A program made the position numbers and the translations under genes. The notes under the pieces were generated by a model. The model did not search any database and was not told the origin of the DNA. It worked only from the letters and a program-made list of their open reading frames with translations. Positions 48,361 through 58,590 of a stretch of DNA of 64,000 nucleotides are shown here, piece by piece. Origin of the DNA: Alphaproteobacteria bacterium. Lineage in GTDB: Bacteria; Pseudomonadota; Alphaproteobacteria; CAAHEQ01; UBA3637. The number at the start of each line of letters is the position of its first letter. Within the stretch, counting starts at the first letter, position 1. The DNA lies in contig JAFXIF010000044.1 in assembly GCA_017533325.1 (NCBI GenBank), positions 4,345-68,344 on the forward strand, in the 5' to 3' direction.

Positions 48361-51300
48361 TTAAAACAATCTGTCAGAGGAGCCTGTTTTTGGTAGAACA
48401 GGTGTTACTTTTCTTTCCTCTACAGGTTGTTTTTCAACGCTGTCCCCAGTATAAATCGGTTCATTTGAATCTTCGTCAGAAGAGCCATCTTCATTATTAT
48501 ATTTGTCAGATGGTTTATAGTATTTACTATCATCAACTTCAGAGTTTTCGTCCTCATTAGTTTCTTCGTCTGATTCTTCCTCTTCTTCTTCGGATTTTTC
48601 TTCTTTAGATTCCTTTCGCGTGTCAACCCAAGAAGACGTATCCGGTGTTTGTGCTTCAGTTGAAACTTCTTCAGCTTCTTGGATGTCATCTTCTTCAGAT
48701 CTTAACCATAAATCTTCATTCGGGAAGACGGTTAAGCGCGTGCCTGACGGAACATAAATAACAACAGGAATATTTGCGGAATCTTCGATAAGTTGATCAA
48801 AGATTGTTTGCATAGATTCAATGAAGTTTTCTCTGGCATCATTTGCAGCTTCAGTTTTAGATGAAGTAATCGTGTTGCCATACATATCTTGATACATATC
48901 ATCATTTGTTGCCATCATGTAGGAAATAGCTGATGTAACAACGCTGGTCATAATCGGTTTACCGAATTTTTTAACCAATTCATCATCAAGATAAGCTGCA
49001 ACACCACCACGTCCTTGAGCATCACCTGATGTCCCTTCAAAGGAGAAAGCTCCTCCATCAGGACGGATAAGTCTTTGCCATGTGATTTCAAGTTTTGCCG
49101 CGCGTTTATCATTGCCTTGTTCACCGGCAAATGTTCCAATCAATCTGGAACCGGCCGGAATGATGATATTTCTTCCTTTTTCAGAATAAATATGTCTTTC
49201 AACAATGGCTGTAACAGGCATATCGGCATATCTGGAATCGATAGATCTTGTTAAGACTGCCGGAATTGCTTTGTCTTTCAAAATCATACGAGACATATCA
49301 ACAGGATAAGAAGATACAATTTTATTTACACCGATTGATTTCCAGTCCGCATCAGCTTTTTTACGAGCCATTGCTTTAATTTTTGAATTTGGTGTAATCA
49401 ATCCTCTTGATGCCATGCCGGCTTTCATTCCTTCTCGTTTTTGAGAAAGAATTTCTTGCATTTGTTGAATTTGTTCCGGTGTCGGTTTCAATTTTTTATC
49501 TGCAAAATTCGGACGAATACGACCTTGATCGTCACCTTGAGTGCTTAAGGGGCGTCCATCTAAAGTCATTGGTCTGCCATCTTGCATAAAGCCGACAATT
49601 TCATTTTGGTCATCTAAAATAGAACCATCCGGTGTAACTTGATATAATTTATTTCCGAATGAAATACGGCGTGTTCCGGCTTGTCCGGCTCCTCCTTGTG
49701 CATTTCTTAATGCTTCTAATTCTTCTTCAGAAAGTCCTTTAATACCACATTTATCCAAGCGAAGATCAAGGCCTTTAATTTTACCCATATCATTACCATC
49801 TTTATCTTTCAATAATCCGTTTTCATGAATGGTTGCATAGATTTCGCCATTCAACCCGATAATGGAGCCGTTTGGCATAATAGAAGCAATTTTTTCATTT
49901 TGAAGATTTAAAACATCACAACCTGAAATTTTTCCGAATGTATTTCCGTTGGCATCTACAAGTAGTCCGCTTTCAATATCACTTGGTAATTCGCCGTTTT
50001 CGCCGAGTTGTCCGATAACATTGCCATTTTCATCAACAATGTCTCCGTTTGGTAAAACCTGAGCAATAAATTTTCCTTCTGCATCTTTGATAACACCCTC
50101 AGAAGATAATGTCCCTTTAATATTACCTTTTTCGTCAAACAATAACTCTTCGTCACGGGAAACATTACGACCGATGATTTCACCTTTTTCGTTAACAACG
50201 TTGCCATCTGCGCGTAATACACCGATTTTTTCTCCGTTTTTGTTTACAACGTCCCCATTTAATTTAATTCGGCCGATTGGTTTTCCGTCTTTACCTAAAA
50301 CAAGCCCGCGTTCATGTGTTGCACCGATAACTTCGCCGGTTTTATGATCAACAACAGAACCGTCATTTCGGCTACATCCGATATTGATTCCGTTAACATC
50401 AACCACAGTTGAGTCCGGCATTGTGCGTCCGATATATTTTCCTTCAGGCGACATAACGATACCATTTCTTGTTACGCGACCGATTTTTTCACCTGAAGCA
50501 TTAACCGCCCATTTATCCGGTAAAATACGGCCAACAACCGTTCCTTTTGCATCAATAACTTGACCATTAAAAGCAGCTTGACCGACAACTTTACAATCAT
50601 TTGTAATTAATGCAGAAGGGATTAAGGCCCCTGTAATTTTATAAGTTCCTTCTTTAACCGTTCCATTAACGGCAATTTTCCCTTTTAATCCTCCGTTTGG
50701 AGAAACAATTTGCCCATTATGAATCAATGTCCCCATGAAAGAACCATCTTGTGAAATGGCAGTATAGAACGGCAAAACTGCACCGGCTAACGGTTCATCT
50801 TTGCCTAAAATAGTTCCGTCATCCAAAATGCGTAATGTTTTGCTGTCTGTTGCATCCAAAATATCACCGGAAAGAGTTGTTCGACCCAAAACATCCCCGC
50901 GATATCCAAACGGTAATCCTTGTTGGACAAGGCCACCTTTTTGAGGCATTGTGTTATATAAAGAACGATCTTGGATATCCGCAACAGAACCATCACTAAG
51001 CGCTCTTCCCGTCATTTGATTTGCATTGCCGATAACAGCGCCATCTGCAGCAACAGTTCCAAGAATTTTTGCATCATCATCAACAGCTACACCAAATGGA
51101 GCTTTTCCACCAGCCCAAAGATTATCGGAGGTGAGTGCAAAACCAAGAGGTGTTTGAACGGCAATGTTTCTTTCATCTTGATTAAAGATGGTTGCAGCAG
51201 TTTGTGTTTGACCGATTAAAAGGCCTGATTTCCCGACAAAAGCAGAAACAGGTAACGTCATACCACGAATATTGCCTTTTTCATTATAAAGGGCTCTGAT

Positions 51301-54300
51301 ACCTGAAGTGGAAGATTCTTTTTTACCTCTTAAGAAAATTGTTCCACTTAAGCTTTCGCGACCAACCGTGTTTAATGCATTTGATACAGCCGGTCCTGAG
51401 TAAACAACATTTCCTTGGATTTGTTTAATTAAGTTTGTTGCAAATCCGTTTGTCATTACCGAACCGAGAGGTTTTGAATTTCCGATGGATAAAATACTTC
51501 CGTTTGTTGAAATGATTCCCATTGTTTTGGCCGTGCTGTTTTCCGCAACAAATAAATCTTTGTCAGCCAATCTGGCAATAAAGTTCCCATCTTTTGCAAC
51601 AGTTTGCGGTGCAATGACTAAACCTTTTACTTGTCCTTTCCCATCAATAGCTTCACCGTATTCATTGATGAGATAAGAAAATTGATTATTGTCACCATAT
51701 CCGACTGAATTTAATGGGATAAATGTGCCTGTTATATCTCCCTTTGCATTTGCAATTCGGTTGTCAGATAATACATGGCCTAATTGTGATTTTGAAAGTC
51801 CGATGCGTCCGTCAGATTGAAGCAGTCCGGCAAACTTTCCGTTATTATCCACAGCAATCCCTTGTGGCAAAACTCTTCCGATTACTTCATCCATGTTATT
51901 GTAAATATAGTCTGAAGCATAAAGATAACCGGTATCTTTTTCAGCTGTAATGGTGTTATTAATTGACATGTAGCCGAGTAATTTTCCATTTGGTTTAACT
52001 GCAATACCAGTTTTTACAAGATAACCGATTTGATTCCCGGCTTTATCCAGACCAATTCCATTTGACATTAATCTTCCGATAGATCTTGAATTTTTGCCGT
52101 ATAAATCTGCATCAAAACTTGTCCATCCAATTAATTCATTCTTTGTATCAACATAAACGCCGAATGGAATCATTCTTCCGATAACGCCTTCAGAATTGAT
52201 AACCAATCCAAATGGGGTTGCTTGTCCGGCAATATTCCCATTTTTATCCATTATAGCCCCTGTTACACTTGGATAACCGATTAATTCTTCCGGAGAAAAA
52301 GCAAGGCTTAAGCGTTTAAAAACACCCCCGATAATTTTTTCATCAGATGAAATGGCAATCCCGTTTGCAAGAATTTTGCCGATAACTGTTTTCTTTGGTG
52401 AAATCACTTCGCCTTTAGGTGTAACCGAGCCGATTTCTTTACCTAAAACAGATAAAACTTTTCCATGAGGCATTTCAAAACCGATTACTTTTCCGTCCTT
52501 ATCCGTAACGGTTTTATTTGCTCTGATTGCCCCGATAATATCTCCGTCAGCATTCTTTAATGTGCCATCAACACCCATAGTGCCAAGATAATTATTATCT
52601 AAATCAAGAAAGGCTGTTTTATCAGGAATGAGAGTTCCGATAATTTTTTGAGTTTCACCGCTTATAGCAGTTAAATTTGGTAAAACACGGGCAAATCTTT
52701 CTCCTTCTTGATTCAATGCAAATCCGATTTTTGAATTGTAACGACCAAGAATCATACCATCTTGAGAAACGATAACTCCATCAGGTGGGATAACACCTAA
52801 AAATTTTCCGTTTGATGCAGAAACAATACCATCTTGGTCAACAGTGCCGATTTCATTTCCGTGGGCGTCATAAACTTTATCACCCATAACGGTCCAACCG
52901 GTCGGATTTCCGTTATCATCTAAAACAACTCCGTTAGGTGTATTTTGATTTCCGGATCCGACAACAGTTCCCAAAATTTCTTTACCATTTAAAGAAATAA
53001 CAGATCCATCTTCTTGAAGACATCCGATAATCTTTCCTTTTAAATCCATAACTTTACCATCAAGGCGCACACGACCGATAACAACACCTTCATTGTTTTT
53101 GACAACACCTTTGATAGCTAAAGCACCGATAATTTTTCCATTGTTATCAACAACAGTTTTATCCGGTGTTATACAACCAAACGGTTCATTATTCGCATCT
53201 GTTAAATCACCACCAATTGTGACAAGCCCTAATAAACGACATCCGTCAGCAATGGCAGAGGCTCTTGGAACAACAACACCGATAATGCGGTTTTGATCAT
53301 TTCGAACATAACTGTCCGTCATCACTTTGCCAACTTGTTCAAGTGAATCGTTAATGGCAATCCCGTTTGGGAAAACAGACCCGACTTGTTGACACCCAAA
53401 TCCGATGACGCGACCTTTTGGTAAAACAGAACCCACAGTCTTTTTACCAGCTGTTACAGATCCGTCCGGATTGACACAACCGATAACTGCTCCTTGGGGA
53501 CCAACGGCTTTACCTTCTGAATTTATAAATCCGATTGGATTGCCTTTTTCATTAATAACAAGCCCTAATTGAATAGCGCCGCCAATGTCCGTGCCGTCAT
53601 TGTTAATAACGCTTCCGTCAATTAATGTTTTTCCGACAGTTTGATTATATGAATCACGAACTTCACCATTTTGCATGATTTTGCCGGTTAATTGACATCC
53701 CGGAGCAACGGCAACCCCTTGAGGAATAGTTCCGCCAATAAGATCATTTGTGCTATTCACAACTAATCCGTTTGGTTTAACCATACCGATAACATTATTT
53801 GCTGCATCCATAACTGAACCGTCCGGAACAATTCCACCGATAACGTTACCTGTTAAATCGGCAACCAAACCCCATGGTCTTAAAACCCCTACTACACGGT
53901 TATTCAAATTGGCAACGGCACCGTTTGAAAGCGGTTTACCGATAACGGCACCTTTTTCATTTACAATTGTTCCGTCTTTTAATAATTTTCCGATTACATT
54001 TCCTGTCATATCCATAACCGAAACAATTGGGATGGCAGCCCCTAAAACATTTAATTCGGTATCAACAATGGTGTCATCTCCTAACAACCGACCGAGTTTG
54101 TCCCCATTTTCGTTAATTACATCACCATTTGGAGCAATTTTTCCCATGACCTCATTTTTTAAGTTAAGAGGTAATTTTTCGGGAACGGCAATAGCAACGA
54201 TTTTACCGTCTTTGTTGATATATAATCCGTTTTCAGTTGGTTTTATGACTTCACCGTCAATAACAATGGAGCCGTCTTCACCAACCGGATGCAATTTTCC

Positions 54301-54984
54301 ATCTAATCCCATTGCATATTTTTGTTCTTTTTCAGCATCATCCTTTGAAACTGATTCGCAAATAACACAATCTTTTGAATCGGTTGATTGAGCTTTTACT
54401 TGAACGGTTGTTTTCTTTTCTCTGTCAGAAAAACCGGCGGCAGTTGCAGAATCTTCTTCCCATTGAATAGTCAAAACATTTTGGATTTGTCTTAAAGAAA
54501 CAGGATTCCATAAAACTTTAATCAAGCATTCTTGCCCACTTGCCAAAGATTCATTTTCTTTACAAGTTGTTTCCATTGAAAATCCGTCTTGTTGATTTTC
54601 AAGAAATGTTGCCCCCTTGTAAAGAACAGCTCCGTTTTCGGCAGTTAATTTAATCAGCGCTTCGACTTGTGAACCGATAACAACATTATTCATATCAATT
54701 TGTTCAGGGACAACTTTTAAAGTAACATCCCCTCTGGCAAATCCTTGAAATTGACCGCCTTGTTCGTCTTTTTGGGTTTGGTATTCATCACCCCAGTCAA
54801 TATTTGTTGTTGTGTCTTGAACGGGCGCTTTTTCAGAGATAAAGGAAAGCGCTACAAAAAATACAATAAGAAGAAACAAACCGCCGAATAAAAGTTTCCT
54901 GTTGCTTTTTTTTACATATTGCTCACTAGAGCTTAATCCTCTGTTTTCTTTCATTGCTAACCCATTTCTTTTCTGTCGGAACAA
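48361..54984 (-). CDS. virB10: Giant VirB10-family protein (CagY-like) with a ~1700-aa degenerate repeat region
   Basis: 2207 aa. N-terminal cytoplasmic segment and single TM, then >100 degenerate ~12-13-aa repeats (xDGxVxDxxGxxIGxV), a C-terminal VirB10/TrbI domain (IPAGSRLIGTFAGEQ…VVIYVPSGTRLTVF), and an acidic Ser/Glu/Asp tail. Confidence 0.7.
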   Translation of the reverse strand: MFRQKRNGLAMKENRGLSSSEQYVKKSNRKLLFGGLFLLIVFFVALSFISEKAPVQDTTTNIDWGDEYQTQKDEQGGQFQGFARGDVTLKVVPEQIDMNNVVIGSQVEALIKLTAENGAVLYKGATFLENQQDGFSMETTCKENESLASGQECLIKVLWNPVSLRQIQNVLTIQWEEDSATAAGFSDREKKTTVQVKAQSTDSKDCVICESVSKDDAEKEQKYAMGLDGKLHPVGEDGSIVIDGEVIKPTENGLYINKDGKIVAIAVPEKLPLNLKNEVMGKIAPNGDVINENGDKLGRLLGDDTIVDTELNVLGAAIPIVSVMDMTGNVIGKLLKDGTIVNEKGAVIGKPLSNGAVANLNNRVVGVLRPWGLVADLTGNVIGGIVPDGSVMDAANNVIGMVKPNGLVVNSTNDLIGGTIPQGVAVAPGCQLTGKIMQNGEVRDSYNQTVGKTLIDGSVINNDGTDIGGAIQLGLVINEKGNPIGFINSEGKAVGPQGAVIGCVNPDGSVTAGKKTVGSVLPKGRVIGFGCQQVGSVFPNGIAINDSLEQVGKVMTDSYVRNDQNRIIGVVVPRASAIADGCRLLGLVTIGGDLTDANNEPFGCITPDKTVVDNNGKIIGALAIKGVVKNNEGVVIGRVRLDGKVMDLKGKIIGCLQEDGSVISLNGKEILGTVVGSGNQNTPNGVVLDDNGNPTGWTVMGDKVYDAHGNEIGTVDQDGIVSASNGKFLGVIPPDGVIVSQDGMILGRYNSKIGFALNQEGERFARVLPNLTAISGETQKIIGTLIPDKTAFLDLDNNYLGTMGVDGTLKNADGDIIGAIRANKTVTDKDGKVIGFEMPHGKVLSVLGKEIGSVTPKGEVISPKKTVIGKILANGIAISSDEKIIGGVFKRLSLAFSPEELIGYPSVTGAIMDKNGNIAGQATPFGLVINSEGVIGRMIPFGVYVDTKNELIGWTSFDADLYGKNSRSIGRLMSNGIGLDKAGNQIGYLVKTGIAVKPNGKLLGYMSINNTITAEKDTGYLYASDYIYNNMDEVIGRVLPQGIAVDNNGKFAGLLQSDGRIGLSKSQLGHVLSDNRIANAKGDITGTFIPLNSVGYGDNNQFSYLINEYGEAIDGKGQVKGLVIAPQTVAKDGNFIARLADKDLFVAENSTAKTMGIISTNGSILSIGNSKPLGSVMTNGFATNLIKQIQGNVVYSGPAVSNALNTVGRESLSGTIFLRGKKESSTSGIRALYNEKGNIRGMTLPVSAFVGKSGLLIGQTQTAATIFNQDERNIAVQTPLGFALTSDNLWAGGKAPFGVAVDDDAKILGTVAADGAVIGNANQMTGRALSDGSVADIQDRSLYNTMPQKGGLVQQGLPFGYRGDVLGRTTLSGDILDATDSKTLRILDDGTILGKDEPLAGAVLPFYTAISQDGSFMGTLIHNGQIVSPNGGLKGKIAVNGTVKEGTYKITGALIPSALITNDCKVVGQAAFNGQVIDAKGTVVGRILPDKWAVNASGEKIGRVTRNGIVMSPEGKYIGRTMPDSTVVDVNGINIGCSRNDGSVVDHKTGEVIGATHERGLVLGKDGKPIGRIKLNGDVVNKNGEKIGVLRADGNVVNEKGEIIGRNVSRDEELLFDEKGNIKGTLSSEGVIKDAEGKFIAQVLPNGDIVDENGNVIGQLGENGELPSDIESGLLVDANGNTFGKISGCDVLNLQNEKIASIMPNGSIIGLNGEIYATIHENGLLKDKDGNDMGKIKGLDLRLDKCGIKGLSEEELEALRNAQGGAGQAGTRRISFGNKLYQVTPDGSILDDQNEIVGFMQDGRPMTLDGRPLSTQGDDQGRIRPNFADKKLKPTPEQIQQMQEILSQKREGMKAGMASRGLITPNSKIKAMARKKADADWKSIGVNKIVSSYPVDMSRMILKDKAIPAVLTRSIDSRYADMPVTAIVERHIYSEKGRNIIIPAGSRLIGTFAGEQGNDKRAAKLEITWQRLIRPDGGAFSFEGTSGDAQGRGGVAAYLDDELVKKFGKPIMTSVVTSAISYMMATNDDMYQDMYGNTITSSKTEAANDARENFIESMQTIFDQLIEDSANIPVVIYVPSGTRLTVFPNEDLWLRSEEDDIQEAEEVSTEAQTPDTSSWVDTRKESKEEKSEEEEEESDEETNEDENSEVDDSKYYKPSDKYNNEDGSSDEDSNEPIYTGDSVEKQPVEERKVTPVLPKTGSSDRLF

Positions 54985-55009
54985 ATATTTAAATGATTTT
55001 CAAAGAAGT

Positions 55010-56788
55010 TTATTGAACGCGAACAACTGAACATCCAAAGCCGCGACGGCCTAATCTTTTGCATAATTTGTCGGCCAAAGTGATATCCTTAATCGGACCG
55101 ACACGCAAACGGAATAATTCGCGCATATTACTGTCTGCTGTTGTATCAACAGAATAATATGGTTCATATCCTTTTAAAACATCAGAGTTCTTTTCAAGAA
55201 TTTTTTCCCAAATGCTTTCAAGTTCTGTAATGTCAGCGTGTGTGCCAAGTTCAATCGAAATGGTTTCGCTTGTTGCCAAACCGGAATTTCTTTGAGTTGA
55301 AATCGGCATTTGACTCATAACCCCAACAATACCTGCAGAGGCTTGAGGTGAATTCATAACATTTGCCGGAATAGATTGGATTGGAGCCATATCGCCAGAA
55401 TAAATTGATCCGCCTTGCGGTGCATATTGAGGAATATAGTTTCCTGCATAGGAATCATAAATCATTCCTTGAGGATACATATTGTTTGATTGTTGCGTAT
55501 ATGAATTTTGTTGATAAGAATTCATCATTTTTGGTGTTGGAGCTAACGGACTTCTTTCAACAATTTTTTCGCTTTCTGTTTCACTCATTGCAGTCGGATC
55601 ATAAGCCGGAGCATCTTGGCTCATAACACTCGGGCGACCTGTATAAGGTGAAACAGTCATATTTTCAGCACCACTGTAATCTGTATATTCAAGACCGGCG
55701 CTTGGATCTCTTCTGAGTTTTAAGCAAATAAGTTTTTTGCCGTTTCTTAAAACCAAATCACCAATAGCTTCAACAACAATTAAACGACTGTTTGGCCCGG
55801 TTGTTCTAAATCCGACCGGAACTTCCGTATCTTGAACCAAAAGGCTGACCACCGGACGTTGTGTCATCGTTAATGCTTTCGGGCCCAAGTCAATGTATGT
55901 GAAAATATTATCGCGCCATACATTATCCGGAGCAATATCAACATCAGATGGATTTGGAATATAAATATCTATGTCAAAACGAATGTTTTCAGGGTCAACC
56001 GGAATGCTTTGCAACCAGTTTTTAGGGCCGGTTGAAGCTGTATTAATGCCTAATTGCGGATTTTGTCCGCCACTTCTACCGATTGCCCAACCGGGAGCTT
56101 TGTTGGAATTTAAAAATCCGTTACCGACAGCTCTGTTTGTGGCGCCGTTCATTCCGCCTAAACGTCCACCATTTTCAACCGGTGTATATCTCGGGCCAAC
56201 TAACACGTCAACAACAGATTGTGAAATTTTTTCGGCATTGTAAGTTTCGCTTCTTAAATAGAAAACATATCGGTTGCCGGATCTACCAAAAATAATCATA
56301 TTACTGTCAACCCCGATATAAGAGGGATCAGCATATAAAAGAAGAGAGTTTGGTGCGGCAATTTCACCACCAAATGATTCCGGAGAACCGATATGAACTT
56401 TTTCAATTAATTCCCATGTCGGTAAGTTGATAAGTGTCATCATACCTTCTCTTAAACGAATGGGTAAAATCACATCAGGTGACCAAGCGTATTTTGAATA
56501 CCCCGGTTTTGATTGACCTTCACCTAAATGTGCCATCGGATCGTTCCATGCTTTTTGTTGCATGCCGAGTGAATGTAAGTAATTTGGGTTAACAGATTCA
56601 TAATCGCCGTTTGTTTGAGCGATAGCGTCGCTTAAACGTTCACTTTCAGCATCTGTAGGCAACCCCTCTGAATGTGCAACAACAGAAAATAAAACAAAAA
56701 TAGCAGCCGTTGACAGCCAACCTTGTCTGTGAAGTTTTTGTTTGAACATAGAATCTCTCCTCTTTATTTTTGTAATATATTTACACAA
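55010..56788 (-). CDS. virB9: VirB9-like (CagX-like) T4SS protein with a C-terminal SPOR-like peptidoglycan-binding domain
   Basis: 592 aa with a signal peptide. Sits between virB8 and virB10. The C-terminal 70 aa (FRLRVGPIKDITLADKLCKRLGRRGFGCSVVRV) resembles a SPOR domain, preceded by a Q/Y/P-rich linker. The VirB9 call rests mainly on position and size. Confidence 0.5.
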   Translation of the reverse strand: MCKYITKIKRRDSMFKQKLHRQGWLSTAAIFVLFSVVAHSEGLPTDAESERLSDAIAQTNGDYESVNPNYLHSLGMQQKAWNDPMAHLGEGQSKPGYSKYAWSPDVILPIRLREGMMTLINLPTWELIEKVHIGSPESFGGEIAAPNSLLLYADPSYIGVDSNMIIFGRSGNRYVFYLRSETYNAEKISQSVVDVLVGPRYTPVENGGRLGGMNGATNRAVGNGFLNSNKAPGWAIGRSGGQNPQLGINTASTGPKNWLQSIPVDPENIRFDIDIYIPNPSDVDIAPDNVWRDNIFTYIDLGPKALTMTQRPVVSLLVQDTEVPVGFRTTGPNSRLIVVEAIGDLVLRNGKKLICLKLRRDPSAGLEYTDYSGAENMTVSPYTGRPSVMSQDAPAYDPTAMSETESEKIVERSPLAPTPKMMNSYQQNSYTQQSNNMYPQGMIYDSYAGNYIPQYAPQGGSIYSGDMAPIQSIPANVMNSPQASAGIVGVMSQMPISTQRNSGLATSETISIELGTHADITELESIWEKILEKNSDVLKGYEPYYSVDTTADSNMRELFRLRVGPIKDITLADKLCKRLGRRGFGCSVVRVQ

Positions 56789-56905
56789 TAAAACAAAAAT
56801 ATTTAAAAAGTCTACAAAAAAATGAAAAAAGATGTAATTTTAATGGAAAAATTTTTTTTAGAGTTTTTTGTGAGTGTTTTTAGAGGAGTTTTTTTAAAAA
56901 AATTA

Positions 56906-57604
56906 TTATGAATCAGCTTTTTTTATCACGAGCTGAATAACTGTAAATCCAAGTGGGTTTTTAAGTCTTTCTTCCCAAGTTAATCCTTCACGAACGGGTT
57001 TGAAAGCAACATTCATTGTGACAACCCATCTTGATTTTTTCGGTTCGCTGGATAAGTGTTTCATTTCCGTAAATTCAACTTCTGCACGCCAAATGTTTTC
57101 ATTCTTGTTGGTGCGATAAGGATTAACAACTAAAATTTTGACATTACGGGTTAATCCTTCTTCTTTTGCTTGTTGGATCCAATCTTCGGCATATTCAGTA
57201 AATTTTGTATAGACCGTAGGTTCGCTCATCCAGTTAATTTCCCCATCAATTCCGGTTCGTCTTTCTAATTCTTGAATGTTTGAACCGATATTAAAATAGG
57301 AGAGCAAATATTGTCTGATAAAGGACTCAGTCAATGTTTGCATATTCATTTGACTAAAATTAGGTCGAACAACATTAACAACTTGTTCGTTTTTATTAAG
57401 TGTTGTTAAAAAAAATGGTTGAACTCTGACAATAGGCATTAAAGATGTAAGAGCAGTGATAAGCATAATAGTTGTTAAAGTTGAAACAACTAAAACAAGC
57501 GCAAACGTTCGCGCCATCCAAAGATAACGTCTTTCTTTAACGGCTTCTTCTGATAAATCTTGTCCTTGTTTTTTTTGTTGGACTTTTTGATTGCTCATTG
57601 TCAT
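56906..57604 (-). CDS. virB8: VirB8 (paralogue a)
   Basis: 232 aa. Cytoplasmic N-terminus, single TM, periplasmic NTF2-like domain pattern (ERRYLWMARTFALVLVVSTL…). Confidence 0.65.
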   Translation of the reverse strand: MTMSNQKVQQKKQGQDLSEEAVKERRYLWMARTFALVLVVSTLTTIMLITALTSLMPIVRVQPFFLTTLNKNEQVVNVVRPNFSQMNMQTLTESFIRQYLLSYFNIGSNIQELERRTGIDGEINWMSEPTVYTKFTEYAEDWIQQAKEEGLTRNVKILVVNPYRTNKNENIWRAEVEFTEMKHLSSEPKKSRWVVTMNVAFKPVREGLTWEERLKNPLGFTVIQLVIKKADS

Positions 57605-57622
57605 AAGAATAAATATTTCTTG

Positions 57623-57814
57623 TTAAGATAACCAATCCGGAAGAGCAGGGGCTTTTTCAAGTTCAAGGCATGCACAAGGTGATTTTTTTAATTCAGAATA
57701 ATCCGGACCGATTCCAACAGGTTCTTTTTCATAAACACTACCGCAAGCTGCAGCCAAAACGGTCAATCCTAAAACAAATAAAACAACAAAATATTTTTTC
57801 ATTTTTTTCCTCAT
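57623..57814 (-). CDS. VirB7-like small lipoprotein
   Basis: 63 aa with lipobox LAAACGS. Located between the two virB8 paralogues, as in rvh clusters. Confidence 0.45.
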   Translation of the reverse strand: MRKKMKKYFVVLFVLGLTVLAAACGSVYEKEPVGIGPDYSELKKSPCACLELEKAPALPDWLS

Positions 57815-57891
57815 ATTTTTGTGAATTACAAACTCAGTTTATCGAAAGAAAAATAATTAATCAACCAAAAAAAACATTATTTTAAAATATT

Positions 57892-58590
57892 TTATTTTTT
57901 GACAGCTTCATCATATTTTTGTATGTAAAAACCAAAAGGGTTGGCAAAGGTTCGTGAATAAATGTGTCTGTTTGGATAATGCCCGACGGTGATTGTTGCC
58001 ACCCGCTGTTGAACGCGCGGTTTAACAATCGGGTCATAAGGATTATAAATAAAAACATCAAATTCAATGGTATATGTATTACCAAGTTTTGAGATATTTG
58101 TGATTTCAACACTTTGGGTTTCTTTTGCCGTAGAAATTTGTTTAATCTTTTCTTGTATGTTTTTTGAAAATTTAGCATAAACAGCCGGGGAAGATAGCCG
58201 TCTGATTTCTCCGCGAGCTCCCCATCTGGATGTCATTTCATTTTTATCCGCAAAATAAGAAACTCTTCTGTCAATATAATATCTGATTAACATTTCATCT
58301 AACAATTCACGATTAGCCCGATTACTGTGAGATTTTGAATCCATTAATCTATTTGCCGGTAAAGTATCGATTTGGATGTGATCTAACGTATTCATGGGAG
58401 AGGGTAAAATTTGAGCAATCACTTTTAATTTTGGCGCCATTTGAACCAATGTTAAAACAATGAACAAGTTAATAGCAATGGAAATAGCCGTCAATGTCAT
58501 CCAAAATTTTGCCCAATAAAGTGCAAATTTTCCTCGAGTTTTTTGGTCCTTGATAAAATAAGAAAGCACTAAAGACCTCCTTCTAAACAT
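57892..58590 (-). CDS. VirB8 (paralogue b)
   Basis: 232 aa with the same topology as VirB8a (KFALYWAKFWMTLTAISIAINLFIVL…). Confidence 0.55.
   Translation of the reverse strand: MFRRRSLVLSYFIKDQKTRGKFALYWAKFWMTLTAISIAINLFIVLTLVQMAPKLKVIAQILPSPMNTLDHIQIDTLPANRLMDSKSHSNRANRELLDEMLIRYYIDRRVSYFADKNEMTSRWGARGEIRRLSSPAVYAKFSKNIQEKIKQISTAKETQSVEITNISKLGNTYTIEFDVFIYNPYDPIVKPRVQQRVATITVGHYPNRHIYSRTFANPFGFYIQKYDEAVKK

Noticed and set aside
48420-48689. 89-aa ORF on the minus strand inside the virB10 3' end
   Set aside because: An alternative-frame ORF within the lysine- and glutamate-rich tail region of virB10, a typical low-complexity artefact.
49407-54391. Plus-strand ORFs antisense to virB10 (for example 53750-54391, 213 aa)
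   Set aside because: Translations of the complement of a repetitive Gly-rich gene. They lack RBS and starts consistent with real genes.
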